This document shows positions 20,410-29,854 of a stretch of 64,000 bases of DNA, piece by piece. How positions within the stretch are numbered: position 1 is the first letter of the stretch; every line of letters starts with the position of its first letter. The translations under genes and the position numbers were made by a program. The stretch is taken from positions 848,112-912,111 of the forward strand of contig PLZJ01000002.1 of NCBI GenBank assembly GCA_003152105.1, written 5' to 3'. This DNA comes from Candidatus Levyibacteriota bacterium (GTDB lineage: Bacteria > Patescibacteriota > Microgenomatia > Levybacterales > UBA12049). Under the pieces are notes generated by a model, which was not told the DNA's origin, did not search any database, and saw only the letters and a list, made by a program, of their open reading frames with translations.

Positions 20410-21045
20410 TTAAACTCTTAGCTGATCAACTTTGAGTTTCTCAAAGAGTTCGTAGGTTGCAATTATTACACCACTGCTAGTAACTTTTGAGCTTACTACA
20501 TTAAAACGTTGAGGAGTGGTTCCTTCTGCAAATAATCTTTTGCCTGAACCAATTGTAACGGGAAATGTCCAAATATGCATTTGGTCTATGAGATTATTTT
20601 TAAGAAGTGTTTGTATAAGATTACCGCTTCCCCAAACCCATAGATCAGGAGCATCCACATTTTTGAGTCTTTTTAGTTCTTTTACTACGTCTCCGCTAAC
20701 AAGCTCGGAATTGTTCCAAGTAAGCTTAAATGGTTTATGTGAAACAACATATTTTTTTGAACTATTGAATGGCTTTCCAATATGGGGCTCTTCTTTGTGA
20801 TGAGGCCAGTAAGCTGCAAAAATATCATAGGTTCGTCTTCCTAATAGTAGTTCAAAAGGAGTAGTCATGAATTTGTTCATAATAGTATTCCCTTCGTTAC
20901 CCCAATCAAAACCCATTTGCCAACCTCCATATGCAAATCCATTTGAAGTATCTTCCTCAGATCCACCTGGAGCTTGCATAACGCCATCAAGCGTAAGAAA
21001 TGTTGTTGTAATAATTTTTCTCATATAATAATCGTACTTTATCAC
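20410..21045 (-). CDS. Dihydrofolate reductase/RibD C-terminal family protein
   Basis: TLDGVMQAPGG, LLGRRTY, WGSGNL, GSGKRLF; start probably MRKIIT. Confidence 0.88.
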   Translation of the reverse strand: MIKYDYYMRKIITTTFLTLDGVMQAPGGSEEDTSNGFAYGGWQMGFDWGNEGNTIMNKFMTTPFELLLGRRTYDIFAAYWPHHKEEPHIGKPFNSSKKYVVSHKPFKLTWNNSELVSGDVVKELKRLKNVDAPDLWVWGSGNLIQTLLKNNLIDQMHIWTFPVTIGSGKRLFAEGTTPQRFNVVSSKVTSSGVIIATYELFEKLKVDQLRV

Positions 21046-21094
21046 ACCAAAAATTTAATGTAAATCTTTATTTCGGAGTTTATGTAATAGTTAC

Positions 21095-21688
21095 TTAACA
21101 GTGACCCTGAGGAATATTTATGGTGATATGAGTAAAATTAAATGAGGATAAAATTGAAGTAAGTTGGGATTTTGCGTTAGCTGAGGCATTATTTAATATA
21201 CCTTCTTGACATGCTGCAGCTTTAATGGTGCTTTGTGCACTCGCAAGAGCTTCTGTTTCTAAATTATTATTAAATGGCACTAACAATCCTTGATTACGAT
21301 CATAAACTTCTGTCTTTGAATTATCTATCGACGACGAGAGTATCACTGGAGAAGAAAGCGTAATCGTTATACTACTACCTGTAATTGCTATATCATTTTT
21401 AGAAAATTTTGATAAATCAAATCCTGCTATTACTTCTCCATGAGCTACAAGTAGAATCCTATTACCAAACAGAAACTGTTGAAAAACGTTTCCATTTGTT
21501 CCCGTATCAATTACTTTCTCAATGGTAAAAGAAGCAGTTTCCCAACGATTCAAGCTTTTCATTTCCTGCACAACAGCAGTTGTATTATCGGCAGTAATTG
21601 TTAATTCATGAATAAGTACAACCGCACCTATTGCTAAAAATATTAGAATTAAAGTAACAATTAAATATTTCAGTCTATTCATAAACAT
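21095..21688 (-). CDS. DUF4230-like membrane-anchored protein
   Basis: N-terminal TM, GEVIAGFDLS, AC..GIL..A..NAK. Confidence 0.75.
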   Translation of the reverse strand: MFMNRLKYLIVTLILIFLAIGAVVLIHELTITADNTTAVVQEMKSLNRWETASFTIEKVIDTGTNGNVFQQFLFGNRILLVAHGEVIAGFDLSKFSKNDIAITGSSITITLSSPVILSSSIDNSKTEVYDRNQGLLVPFNNNLETEALASAQSTIKAAACQEGILNNASANAKSQLTSILSSFNFTHITINIPQGHC

Positions 21689-21835
21689 TGTAAATGAATT
21701 ATATCAGAAGTTATAACGTTCTAGGAGGGAGTTAAAAATTAAATTGATGTAATAGGCGAAATTTACTTACTGGCACTGGTTAATTTTGTTGGAACTTTTT
21801 AGTTATCTCGAGTGGCAGATTAATATCAGAATGAA

Positions 21836-22369
21836 TTAAAATGGATAACCTTTTAACCCTTGTATTCCCTTAAGAACTGATATCTCTCCCATTATCGGGT
21901 ATACATGCCCACTAATTAAGTTAGCGATAAACTCATAAACTTTTCTTGTTCCCATACCAAATGCACTCATATCAATCTCTTTTTTTAAATCCTCGTCTGT
22001 TAAAGATGCGAGATACGTTTCACTCTCTGCAAAAACTCTCTTTGCATATTCATTGAATTGTTTTAGATCTAATTTTACTTCTTTCAACCATTTAGGATAA
22101 GCTACTTGCCAATCAATGGGCTGTATTTCACTTGCACCAGTTTTTCCTTTAAAATCAGCTTCCATTAAGGGTTTAGTGTTCATTAAGAAATTGTGGATAA
22201 ACATATCTTCTGAGAATACCAAATGGGCATAAGTTCCAGCAATTGGATTAGCTTTTCCAGGAGGCATGAAATGGGCTACCTCATCAGTTACACCTTCCAT
22301 AGTTTGCTCAAGAGCAGCATGTGCAGCTTTTAATTGATTTAAAAGAATATGAGATGCAAAATTTTTCAT
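21836..22369 (-). CDS. DinB/YfiT-like four-helix protein
   Basis: NPIAGTYAHL..SED; H....MGEIS.LKG. Confidence 0.75.
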   Translation of the reverse strand: MKNFASHILLNQLKAAHAALEQTMEGVTDEVAHFMPPGKANPIAGTYAHLVFSEDMFIHNFLMNTKPLMEADFKGKTGASEIQPIDWQVAYPKWLKEVKLDLKQFNEYAKRVFAESETYLASLTDEDLKKEIDMSAFGMGTRKVYEFIANLISGHVYPIMGEISVLKGIQGLKGYPF

Positions 22370-22505
22370 AGTAATATTATAGCAGTTTGAATTAAAACAT
22401 AGTCAAACCATTCTTAATCAATTTTTGAATATTTTTGAGCCTAATATTGTTGAAGAGTTTGAGCTGGCCATCGTGGATATATGGATACTTTTATAGTAAC
22501 ATTTT

Positions 22506-23483
22506 CTAATGTTCTAATATTTGTAGATTAGATCTATTGTTAACTTGTAGTTTGGCAGTGCCCCCGATTGGAAATGTTATCTGGGGAAATGTATGACCGA
22601 AGTCAACGTTTCCAATTATAGGCATACTTCTTAATTCTTGTTTTGTAGAAATTATCTGTTTTAAAATTTCATAAGTAATTTTACTTTTCTTCTGAAATCT
22701 GCCAAATACAATCCCTTTAACGCCTGGAAAGGATCTATCTAGAATTATTGACTGAAGTGTTGTATCTATATGCATTGCGTCTTCTTCGTAATCATCTTCA
22801 AGAAATAATATGCTGTCATTCATATTTGGAAAGTAATCTGATCCTTTAAGAAGGGCAAACATTGTCATATTAGCTCCTAATATTTTTGCACTTACGCTAC
22901 CTTCATGAAATAACCAATGCCCTTCGCTTTTATTAATCTTAGCTTCCTTATCTTCGTCTTCCCAATCTGCCCACTCATTGTTTGCTGCAACTTCAAAAAC
23001 ATCCTCTTTTATTAAGCATTTCTTAAGATATTCAATAGTGTAATTGGAGAAATATTTTTGTCCTAGTGTATGTATGCCTGGGCCAGAGTAGGTAACTAAT
23101 CCAGTTTTAGCATAGATAGCGTTATTTAAAGTAGTAATATCTGACTTTCCGCAAAATATTTTTGGATTGTTTTTAATCAAATCCCAATTTAGTTGATTTA
23201 GAAGTTGATTGCTGTTAAAACCACCGGTTGCGCATATTATGCCTTTTACGTTCTCATCTGAAAACGCGTCATGAAAATCTTCAACTCTTGCTTGAACTGA
23301 AGTGGAATAAAAATTGTCCTCTTCATTAACATACTTACCATAGGTAATTTTAAAACCTAGATTTGTTAACAGCTTTATTGCATGTTTCTGCTCTGATATA
23401 GATACTACATTTAATGACATTGAGGGGGCAATAATTCTTACTTCATCTCCTTGCTTTAGTTTGGAAGGAAAAATAGTTTTCAC
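22506..23483 (-). CDS. S66 LD-carboxypeptidase / MccF-like peptidase
   Basis: IIAPS, GGFNS, CGKSDIT (Ser), FLEDD (Glu), DFGHT (His). Confidence 0.9.
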   Translation of the reverse strand: MKTIFPSKLKQGDEVRIIAPSMSLNVVSISEQKHAIKLLTNLGFKITYGKYVNEEDNFYSTSVQARVEDFHDAFSDENVKGIICATGGFNSNQLLNQLNWDLIKNNPKIFCGKSDITTLNNAIYAKTGLVTYSGPGIHTLGQKYFSNYTIEYLKKCLIKEDVFEVAANNEWADWEDEDKEAKINKSEGHWLFHEGSVSAKILGANMTMFALLKGSDYFPNMNDSILFLEDDYEEDAMHIDTTLQSIILDRSFPGVKGIVFGRFQKKSKITYEILKQIISTKQELRSMPIIGNVDFGHTFPQITFPIGGTAKLQVNNRSNLQILEH

Positions 23484-23612
23484 AATATAATTATATCAGA
23501 GGTTTTGAAGACCAAGCAGGATGCTAAAAATTAGATTGTTAAATCATGCTAAATTAGTTGCTGGCACTGGTGGACTATGTAGGAACTTTTTACAGGAATA
23601 ATTTTCTAACAG

Positions 23613-24125
23613 CTATTTCTTTGTAGTTTGTACTTTCGTTTTCTCTGTGCAAACACCAACAACTAGTAACCATGCTCCTGTAATAGTGTAGGCGAGTAAG
23701 ATAATCATCGCTATTGCAGCTATGTATAAACCAAGCATAGATCCTAATGTAAATAATAATGCACCTAGTATTTCAACTACATACAACCCTGTTCCAACAA
23801 CAATGCGGTTAACCCCTAAAGTAAGTAGGTTTATTCCCCGTTTTTTTACTTCCACAATACCTTTCACATAAATATATCCTGCGAAGATTGAAACAATTAA
23901 CCACTCAAGTCCGAATACTTGGTAATGCTGATCTCCGATTAACCCGAAAGCACAGATCACAAATATTGCAGTAAAACCAGCAAGTGTGCCTATTGCGCGA
24001 TTTCTGTGCGTTAAGTCCTTTACTATTGTCTCAAGGTTGAGTGACAATGCAACAAATACTAAACCTGTTAGTGCTGCAGCTCCGCCTCCAACCATAACAA
24101 AAAAATTTTGCCAATGTTCTATCAT
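23613..24125 (-). CDS. Membrane protein
   Basis: W.NFFV..GG.AAALTGLVFVALSLN; about 5 TMs. Confidence 0.75.
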   Translation of the reverse strand: MIEHWQNFFVMVGGGAAALTGLVFVALSLNLETIVKDLTHRNRAIGTLAGFTAIFVICAFGLIGDQHYQVFGLEWLIVSIFAGYIYVKGIVEVKKRGINLLTLGVNRIVVGTGLYVVEILGALLFTLGSMLGLYIAAIAMIILLAYTITGAWLLVVGVCTEKTKVQTTKK

Positions 24126-24206
24126 ATGTATATTATAGCAATTTTTACTAATTACTTACACAATATTTCTTGACTTAAAATACTTTAAGTTGTTAATATA
24201 TGTCTT

Positions 24207-24599
24207 ATGAATAAACAACCAACTCAGATTAATGACATTCCCGCACAACAAGGATCCTCAGATAACTTTACAGGTACAACTCATATTCAATCCATTTCGG
24301 CTTCAGAAGATGGTTGCACTATGGTAGCTCGAGTTACTTTTGATAAAGATGCACGGACTTTTTGGCATACACATGGTGGTGAGCAAGTACTGTATTTTCT
24401 TGAAGGTAATGGAAGAGTAGAAATTGAAGGGCAGGGAATAATCGATGCAAATGTTGGTGATATTGTACGAATTCCTCCAAAGACCAGACACTGGCATGGT
24501 GCACACCCAACCGAAGAAGATAACATGACCCATCTAGCAATTGTAAATAATGGTGTTACCTGGCTTGAGCCAGTTCCAGAGGAAGTATATCGAGCATGA
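24207..24599 (+). CDS. Cupin domain protein
   Basis: RTFWHTHGGEQ and RHWHGA cupin motifs. Confidence 0.88.
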   Translation: MNKQPTQINDIPAQQGSSDNFTGTTHIQSISASEDGCTMVARVTFDKDARTFWHTHGGEQVLYFLEGNGRVEIEGQGIIDANVGDIVRIPPKTRHWHGAHPTEEDNMTHLAIVNNGVTWLEPVPEEVYRA

Positions 24600-24876
24600 A
24601 CCCAGCATACATTTAGGATATGACACCTCTCTAAGTATCGAGAAAAACAGTGAGATAAAACAGATAGCTATTACACACAAGATGCCATTCTTTGATCTGT
24701 AGATATTTAGTCTACTCTGAACCCGCAGTTCGAATCCAGACACCAGTTTGTAAGCAAAATGATAACTCTTGAGGCTAAATTATAGCAAAAATAGAAGCTG
24801 GCGATTGTGGACTTTGTAGGAATTTTTTATCATCAGAATCTTTACCAATTCAACTTTGTTTTGGCTCAGTATTAAA

Positions 24877-25659
24877 TCAAGCAACGACATTCATCTCTGA
24901 AACTTTAGTACCATTGTTTACTCCATAATAGGCTTGTTTTTTGCTCAGTACGTTTGTTGCAGGAACAAATCGTTTCTGTCTTCTTCTTACTTCTTGGTCG
25001 AAATTAGCGCTTGTAGTGTAAATACTGGGAAATAAACCTTGAGTGGTATTTGTTGGGTTCATCGGATCAAAAAGAAGCTGATGTTCACCCTGTGGTATAA
25101 CAATAAAACTATGTTCTTCTGCAAATTCGAGTTGTTTGTCCCAAAGAACAGCACCACTAAAATACCGTGATTCTACACCTTCTTGTTGCAAATAATACTG
25201 CGCTAATGCAGCTATCTCTGCGCATGCCACTGTATTATTAGCAAATAATTCGCTTAACTTAACCTCACCATTTTTTGCTTTTGAATAGGCTTGTTGTCTC
25301 GCGGGTTGCACTTCTAATGAGGATGGATATCTTTTTTCTAATATTTTTGTAAATGAAAATAAGTAAGCAAACAATTTTTCATCTAATCCGATTCCTTGAG
25401 AATCTAACCATTTTTTAAGCTCAGGAAGATTATATATACCTGTATTATCATGCATTTCTTGTAATACTTCCTGAAGGTTTTCAAAATCTCCAACGACTGA
25501 AATATCCATTTCATTAGTAAAAATACTTCCTCCTCCAACTGGAATTAGTGAGTTGTTATCTAACCTTGGTGCTTCAAAGCTTTTGCCAAATAACTTTTCT
25601 ATAGCAACTGTAGGTGTTGGTTCTTGTCCAGGATAACTCTCTTTAATGTCTCCATCCAT
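24877..25659 (-). CDS. Hypothetical protein, transglutaminase/papain-like triad
   Basis: AC AEIAAL...HSFIV...LFDP pattern (Cys-His-Asp). Confidence 0.55.
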   Translation of the reverse strand: MDGDIKESYPGQEPTPTVAIEKLFGKSFEAPRLDNNSLIPVGGGSIFTNEMDISVVGDFENLQEVLQEMHDNTGIYNLPELKKWLDSQGIGLDEKLFAYLFSFTKILEKRYPSSLEVQPARQQAYSKAKNGEVKLSELFANNTVACAEIAALAQYYLQQEGVESRYFSGAVLWDKQLEFAEEHSFIVIPQGEHQLLFDPMNPTNTTQGLFPSIYTTSANFDQEVRRRQKRFVPATNVLSKKQAYYGVNNGTKVSEMNVVA

Positions 25660-25871
25660 AATAAAAATTATAACACTTTGAGGCTATCAGTTCGAATCCG
25701 GACTGGGTCATGCCATTTTTTTCTAAATTATGACGGTTTTTGAGGCTAAAAATGCAGCTGGCGGACATAGACGCTATTCGAACTTATTGGTTACAAAATA
25801 ATGATAACTTCTATATTCCAAACTATATGTAATGCTGGCCATACTGGGCTATATCTGAGCTTTTTGTGCTG

Positions 25872-26243
25872 CTATTTAAAGTTTTTCCAGACTGGTCTTA
25901 TCGCCAAATATAAAATGCCAAGCATAACAATATTGACTACTAAAACCATTAACATACTGATAATTATTTGGTTTACATTGGAAACAATCTGAAATTCATT
26001 AAATCCAGTAACCAGAAAAATTACTATTGCTGAGGATAGTAATAGCGTGACCCCTATCTTTTTCCATCTTAGTAACTGGATAACTGACCATACCTGTACA
26101 AAACCAGCAACAATTCCCAAAAGGCTTATATAGTTCTTCGTAAGACGTATCATAGGAAGATATGTGAGGGAATCAGCAGTGAGTGCAATAGAAAATAGAA
26201 GTATTACAATGAGCCATATTGTTAAAAATTTTGGTCTTTTCAT
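25872..26243 (-). CDS. 4-TM membrane protein
   Basis: KRPKFLTIWL, LLRWKKIG. Confidence 0.7.
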   Translation of the reverse strand: MKRPKFLTIWLIVILLFSIALTADSLTYLPMIRLTKNYISLLGIVAGFVQVWSVIQLLRWKKIGVTLLLSSAIVIFLVTGFNEFQIVSNVNQIIISMLMVLVVNIVMLGILYLAIRPVWKNFK

Positions 26244-26247
26244 CTTT

Positions 26248-26433
26248 CTATTTATTTGCTTTCTTACCTAGACCAGCATAATAGCCTGCAAAAAACAAGA
26301 AAATACTAGTTGTTATTAATGGCAAAACGATAAAAATATGACTAGTTGAAGGATTAGCAATTAATGGGACACTACTAGCATCAGTAATTACTGCAAGTAC
26401 TACAAATGCTATCATCTTTCGTTTATTATTCAT
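26248..26433 (-). CDS. Small 2-TM protein
   Basis: TGATATAAT just upstream; hydrophobic. Confidence 0.55.
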   Translation of the reverse strand: MNNKRKMIAFVVLAVITDASSVPLIANPSTSHIFIVLPLITTSIFLFFAGYYAGLGKKANK

Positions 26434-26607
26434 ATTTTTATTATATCACTTTTGAGAAAAGGTTCGAATCCGGGTTGGGTTACTTAGCTGGCGAGATTGC
26501 CCTAGGATGGCTCCAAATTCTTCCAAGCATAGTACTAATGTACGAGAACTTGAAGAATTTGAACCTACATTATTGACTTTTCCTCTAGTTTTTAGTAAAA
26601 TACTACT

Positions 26608-26664
26608 ATCATTAGGGGGAAACGAACATATGACTACGTGTTATATGCAACGCCTCCCATTTTT
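26608..26664 (+). ncRNA. Putative ~57-nt hairpin sRNA convergent with NYN gene
   Basis: TTGACT(26573)-17-TAAAAT(26596) promoter, long hairpin GGGGG..CATATGAC/GTTATATG..CCTCCC then ATTTTT; no ORF. Confidence 0.4.
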
Positions 26665-27187
26665 AATGTTTATACTCTAATTTCTTTTTATCAAACACAA
26701 TAAATATTTTATATTTTTGAAATTGTTTTAGCAAAGAAGACTCATTTTTTGCATTAGGTATAATGATTTTTGATAGCTTTTTAGTCTTTTCTAAATATTC
26801 ATGAAGGCAATAAAAATCTCCATCTCCCGAAACAATAACCGCTTTGTCGTATTTTGAATACTGAATAGCAACTGCATGTAATACTAATTCAGCATCAACG
26901 TTTCCTTTAGGTTTACCTTGACTATCCTTAACTGTTGGTTTGAAAACTAGGTCATAGCCGTATGCCTCAAGACGCTTATATAAGGTTTCATTAGTTTTTA
27001 TATAGCCAATGAACAAAATAGCTTTTTTAACATGGAATTTATCAGTTAAATATATTCTAAACTTTCTGTAATCAAGTTTCCATCCAGAATATATTTTTTT
27101 GTTATTTTTAAAAATATCCTTACTAGTACCTAAATTTAGATTTTGGCTGTCAATAAAAGCATATGTAATATTTTTCTTTGAGTTCAT
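26663..27187 (-). CDS. NYN (LabA/DUF88 PIN-like) ribonuclease
   Basis: FIDSQNL, KGNVDAEL, VSGDGDF motifs. Confidence 0.9.
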   Translation of the reverse strand: MNSKKNITYAFIDSQNLNLGTSKDIFKNNKKIYSGWKLDYRKFRIYLTDKFHVKKAILFIGYIKTNETLYKRLEAYGYDLVFKPTVKDSQGKPKGNVDAELVLHAVAIQYSKYDKAVIVSGDGDFYCLHEYLEKTKKLSKIIIPNAKNESSLLKQFQKYKIFIVFDKKKLEYKH

Positions 27188-27193
27188 AGATTC

Positions 27194-27772
27194 TCATGAT
27201 TTACTAATATTTTCTGGTTCTTCTTTTGCAATACTATCTAAAAAATCTATATATTTACGTAAAATTGCAATTTCTTTCTTTGTAATATCTGTAGGTAGTA
27301 AAATTATTGCTTTAGTGTTCTCTCTTAACGGTAATTCAAATTTAGTAGTTTTATTACTTGACAATTCAACTTCATCTTTCTCTATATTTTGATCAACATT
27401 TTCAGGAGTCAATTCTTGAATTTTGGATTGATCATTTTTTTTCTTTCTCACAGTTATTTTAGGATTCCAAGAATTCATACCTGTAGGATTTAAACCATAT
27501 CTTTGGAAATCGGATATTGCTTTTTTAACTCTACTCTTATAGGTCTCCACTGATGATACTGTTACAGATGAAGTATTTTTTTGATAATAGGTATGAAATA
27601 TTTGATTAATGTTTTCTAATAATTTATCTATGGATGCTTTTTCTTCTTCGTTGAGCTCTGGTTCTATTTTATTTAGAGCTAAGCGTAGGTTTTGTGCGGT
27701 TGCAGGTAGATACTTACGACTCTTTTCTGCGGCTTCGATAAATGTATAAAGTGACTGAATATTGTTATGCAT
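27194..27772 (-). CDS. Hypothetical protein
   Basis: 192-aa ORF directly upstream of NYN; S.ETYKSR and C-terminal LP.DIT..E. Confidence 0.65.
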   Translation of the reverse strand: MHNNIQSLYTFIEAAEKSRKYLPATAQNLRLALNKIEPELNEEEKASIDKLLENINQIFHTYYQKNTSSVTVSSVETYKSRVKKAISDFQRYGLNPTGMNSWNPKITVRKKKNDQSKIQELTPENVDQNIEKDEVELSSNKTTKFELPLRENTKAIILLPTDITKKEIAILRKYIDFLDSIAKEEPENISKS

Positions 27773-27915
27773 AAAAATGCTGTATCAAATTTCCTGACGC
27801 TTGTCAAGACCTAACAGATTTAAATTAGTGAGAAAAATAGCTTTGATATAGAATATTCGTCAATTAAATCAAGAATATTGTACAGATATTAGACAGCTTA
27901 TTGAAAAATAAATAA

Positions 27916-28536
27916 CTATGCCCTTTCTTTTCCAACCTTTATTTCATATGGAATGATATTTTGTTTTTCCTTAAGCCTAAGCTCTGAGGAAACTACTAAT
28001 CTTGTCGCTTCACCATTTCCCATTGACCTACCCAATTCGGCATCTTGCTCAGGATTTGTAAGTTGATGCAGTAACACACCACTTTCCTCACCATGCATAA
28101 CAATACCAATCGTTTTATTCGAACTTGCTAATACTAACTCCTGAAAAGTTTTCCATATGCGCTCACTTACCTCGCGCAAAGATTCATCAGTAAATATTTC
28201 TTCTTCAGATTTCAATTCACTTACGGGTCGACCTCTCCAAGTGGGGTACTTAAGACCTCTTAATCCATCTACGTATAAAATAGGAGGATTTCCTACTTCT
28301 TTGCTTACTAAATATGCTGACTGACGAGCACGAAGTAGTGGACTTGTATATATTTCATCGAATTTAACACGCTGCTTAGATAACTTTTGCCCTAAATTCC
28401 TCATTTGCTGACGACCTATACTACTAAGTAATACCTCAGGTCCATAAATAGTAGGCTCACCTTGTGTAATAGGTAAATCAATATGGCCATGACGGATAAG
28501 ATAAACCGTTGTATCCATTGAGAAGCAGTATAGCAA
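27916..28536 (-). CDS. Histidine phosphatase (PGM) family
   Basis: LIRHG, TSPLLRARQS, VMHG; start probably MDTTVY. Confidence 0.88.
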   Translation of the reverse strand: MLYCFSMDTTVYLIRHGHIDLPITQGEPTIYGPEVLLSSIGRQQMRNLGQKLSKQRVKFDEIYTSPLLRARQSAYLVSKEVGNPPILYVDGLRGLKYPTWRGRPVSELKSEEEIFTDESLREVSERIWKTFQELVLASSNKTIGIVMHGEESGVLLHQLTNPEQDAELGRSMGNGEATRLVVSSELRLKEKQNIIPYEIKVGKERA

Positions 28537-28570
28537 AGTTTAGAAGCTAAATCAACTATAGGACTAATTG

Positions 28571-28643
28571 CTGCGGAGCTAGGATTCGAACCTAGAGTCG
28601 CGCTGATCCAAAGTCAGGCGTGTTGCCATTACACCACTCCGCA
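28571..28643 (-). tRNA. tRNA-Gln(TTG), CCA not encoded
   Basis: TGCGGAG/CTCCGCA acceptor, GTGT/ACAC D-stem, CTTTGGA anticodon loop, CTAGG-TTCGAAT-CCTAG T-arm, discriminator G. Confidence 0.92.
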
Positions 28644-28704
28644 TTGTCATCGTATTATAACAAATCTAGCCTTATTATAGGTAGTGTATAAATTTGAGTT
28701 TAAG

Positions 28705-29745
28705 TTATGTAGTTTTTACCAATTTGTAATAACTGGATTTGGTTATTCCAAACTTTTTTACTAAACCTTTAGTAACTAATGAAGAAAGTAACTGATGAGC
28801 CTGTTGTCTAGTTACTTGTAATTGATCTTGTATATCATTTGTTTTTATTGCTTTTTTCTCTAGTAGAATTTGCAATACTTCTTCTTCTCTATTTGTAACA
28901 AGTACTCTTTTTTCGCCTGTTATCTCGTCAATTGACGAATTTTTAAGTTCATTAATTCTGGCAAGAGCTGCTTGTAATGAATGTGAAATACCTTCTAAGA
29001 AATAAGCTAGCCATTTTGTTTCATCTCCATTGTCGGCTTTATGAAGCATATCTGAATACTGTGTTCTATCAATATCATAATAATCATCTAGTATAAAATA
29101 CTTTGCGACCTCATAGTGCTTTAATAAGAGAAAGTAGGTGGTTAGAATGCGAGCGAGTCTACCATTTCCATCAAAAAATGGATGGATATAGACAAACTGG
29201 TGGTGAAGTATGCCTGCACAAATTATTGGGTGAAGATTTCCCTGATCTTGAACCCATGCAAATAAATCCTCTAGTGCTTTTTCTATTTCAGCTTTGGTAT
29301 GAAATGGAGGATTGTGTTTGATCACGATTTCAGTCTTTGTTTTATGACCTACAAAAACACCACTATTCCTAAATACACCGCTTTCTTTATCAATACCTTT
29401 CATTAGTTCTTTGTGTAATCGAAGCGTTAAACTCGTGGTTAATGGTTCTTTTTTTCTTGCCAGGCCAAATATTGTTGTAAGAACTGAGAAATAGTTTTTG
29501 ACTTCTTTTTCAGATTTTGTTACTGGTATTGTGTCATTTAATATAATATTTGTGACGTCTTGGGGAGATAAAGGGTTACCTTCAATACTTGTTGAATAGT
29601 GTGTAGCTAGTATTTGATTCTCTTGGGTTAGCTTTAGTAAAATCGAAGGCCGTAAATCCTCAGAGGATAATTGTCCATATAATCGCTCTATGCTAGCTAA
29701 ATTATTTACTATATCAATAGTATAATGAAATCGCGGCTCTTTCAT
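28705..29745 (-). CDS. Fic family protein (class II) with C-terminal wHTH
   Basis: HPFFDGNGRLAR catalytic motif, STSIEGN inhibitory motif, C-terminal HTH. Confidence 0.92.
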   Translation of the reverse strand: MKEPRFHYTIDIVNNLASIERLYGQLSSEDLRPSILLKLTQENQILATHYSTSIEGNPLSPQDVTNIILNDTIPVTKSEKEVKNYFSVLTTIFGLARKKEPLTTSLTLRLHKELMKGIDKESGVFRNSGVFVGHKTKTEIVIKHNPPFHTKAEIEKALEDLFAWVQDQGNLHPIICAGILHHQFVYIHPFFDGNGRLARILTTYFLLLKHYEVAKYFILDDYYDIDRTQYSDMLHKADNGDETKWLAYFLEGISHSLQAALARINELKNSSIDEITGEKRVLVTNREEEVLQILLEKKAIKTNDIQDQLQVTRQQAHQLLSSLVTKGLVKKFGITKSSYYKLVKTT

Positions 29746-29770
29746 AGCTAAAGTATACTATAATTTATAT

Positions 29771-29854
29771 TATTTGTCAATATAATTGTAAACCTATTTG
29801 TCAATAGTGTGGATATTTTAATTGTAAACCTATTTGTCAATATAATTGTAAACA
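29771..29854. repeat. 12-bp-register repeats overlapping the fic promoter
   Basis: TATTTGTCAATA at 29771, 29795, 29831; TAATTGTAAAC(C/A) at 29783, 29819, 29843. Confidence 0.8.

Larger units (their letters stand above)
21769..25870 (+). repeat. Dispersed att-like motif, six copies (CTG at 21770, 22464, 23561, 24798, 25758, 25835)
   Basis: Consensus (G)CTGGCnnTnGTGGACTwTGTwGGAACTTTTT, reading LA(L/I)VD(Y/F)V(G/R)TF; all intergenic; weaker seventh GCTGGCG at 26487. Confidence 0.75.

Noticed and set aside
24721-26482. Additional tRNA genes at GTTCGAATCC motifs
   Set aside because: No D-arm, anticodon arm or matching 5' acceptor strand upstream
21769-26500. Classical integron attC sites
   Set aside because: No RYYYAAC...GTTRRRY imperfect palindromes seen and no IntI in window
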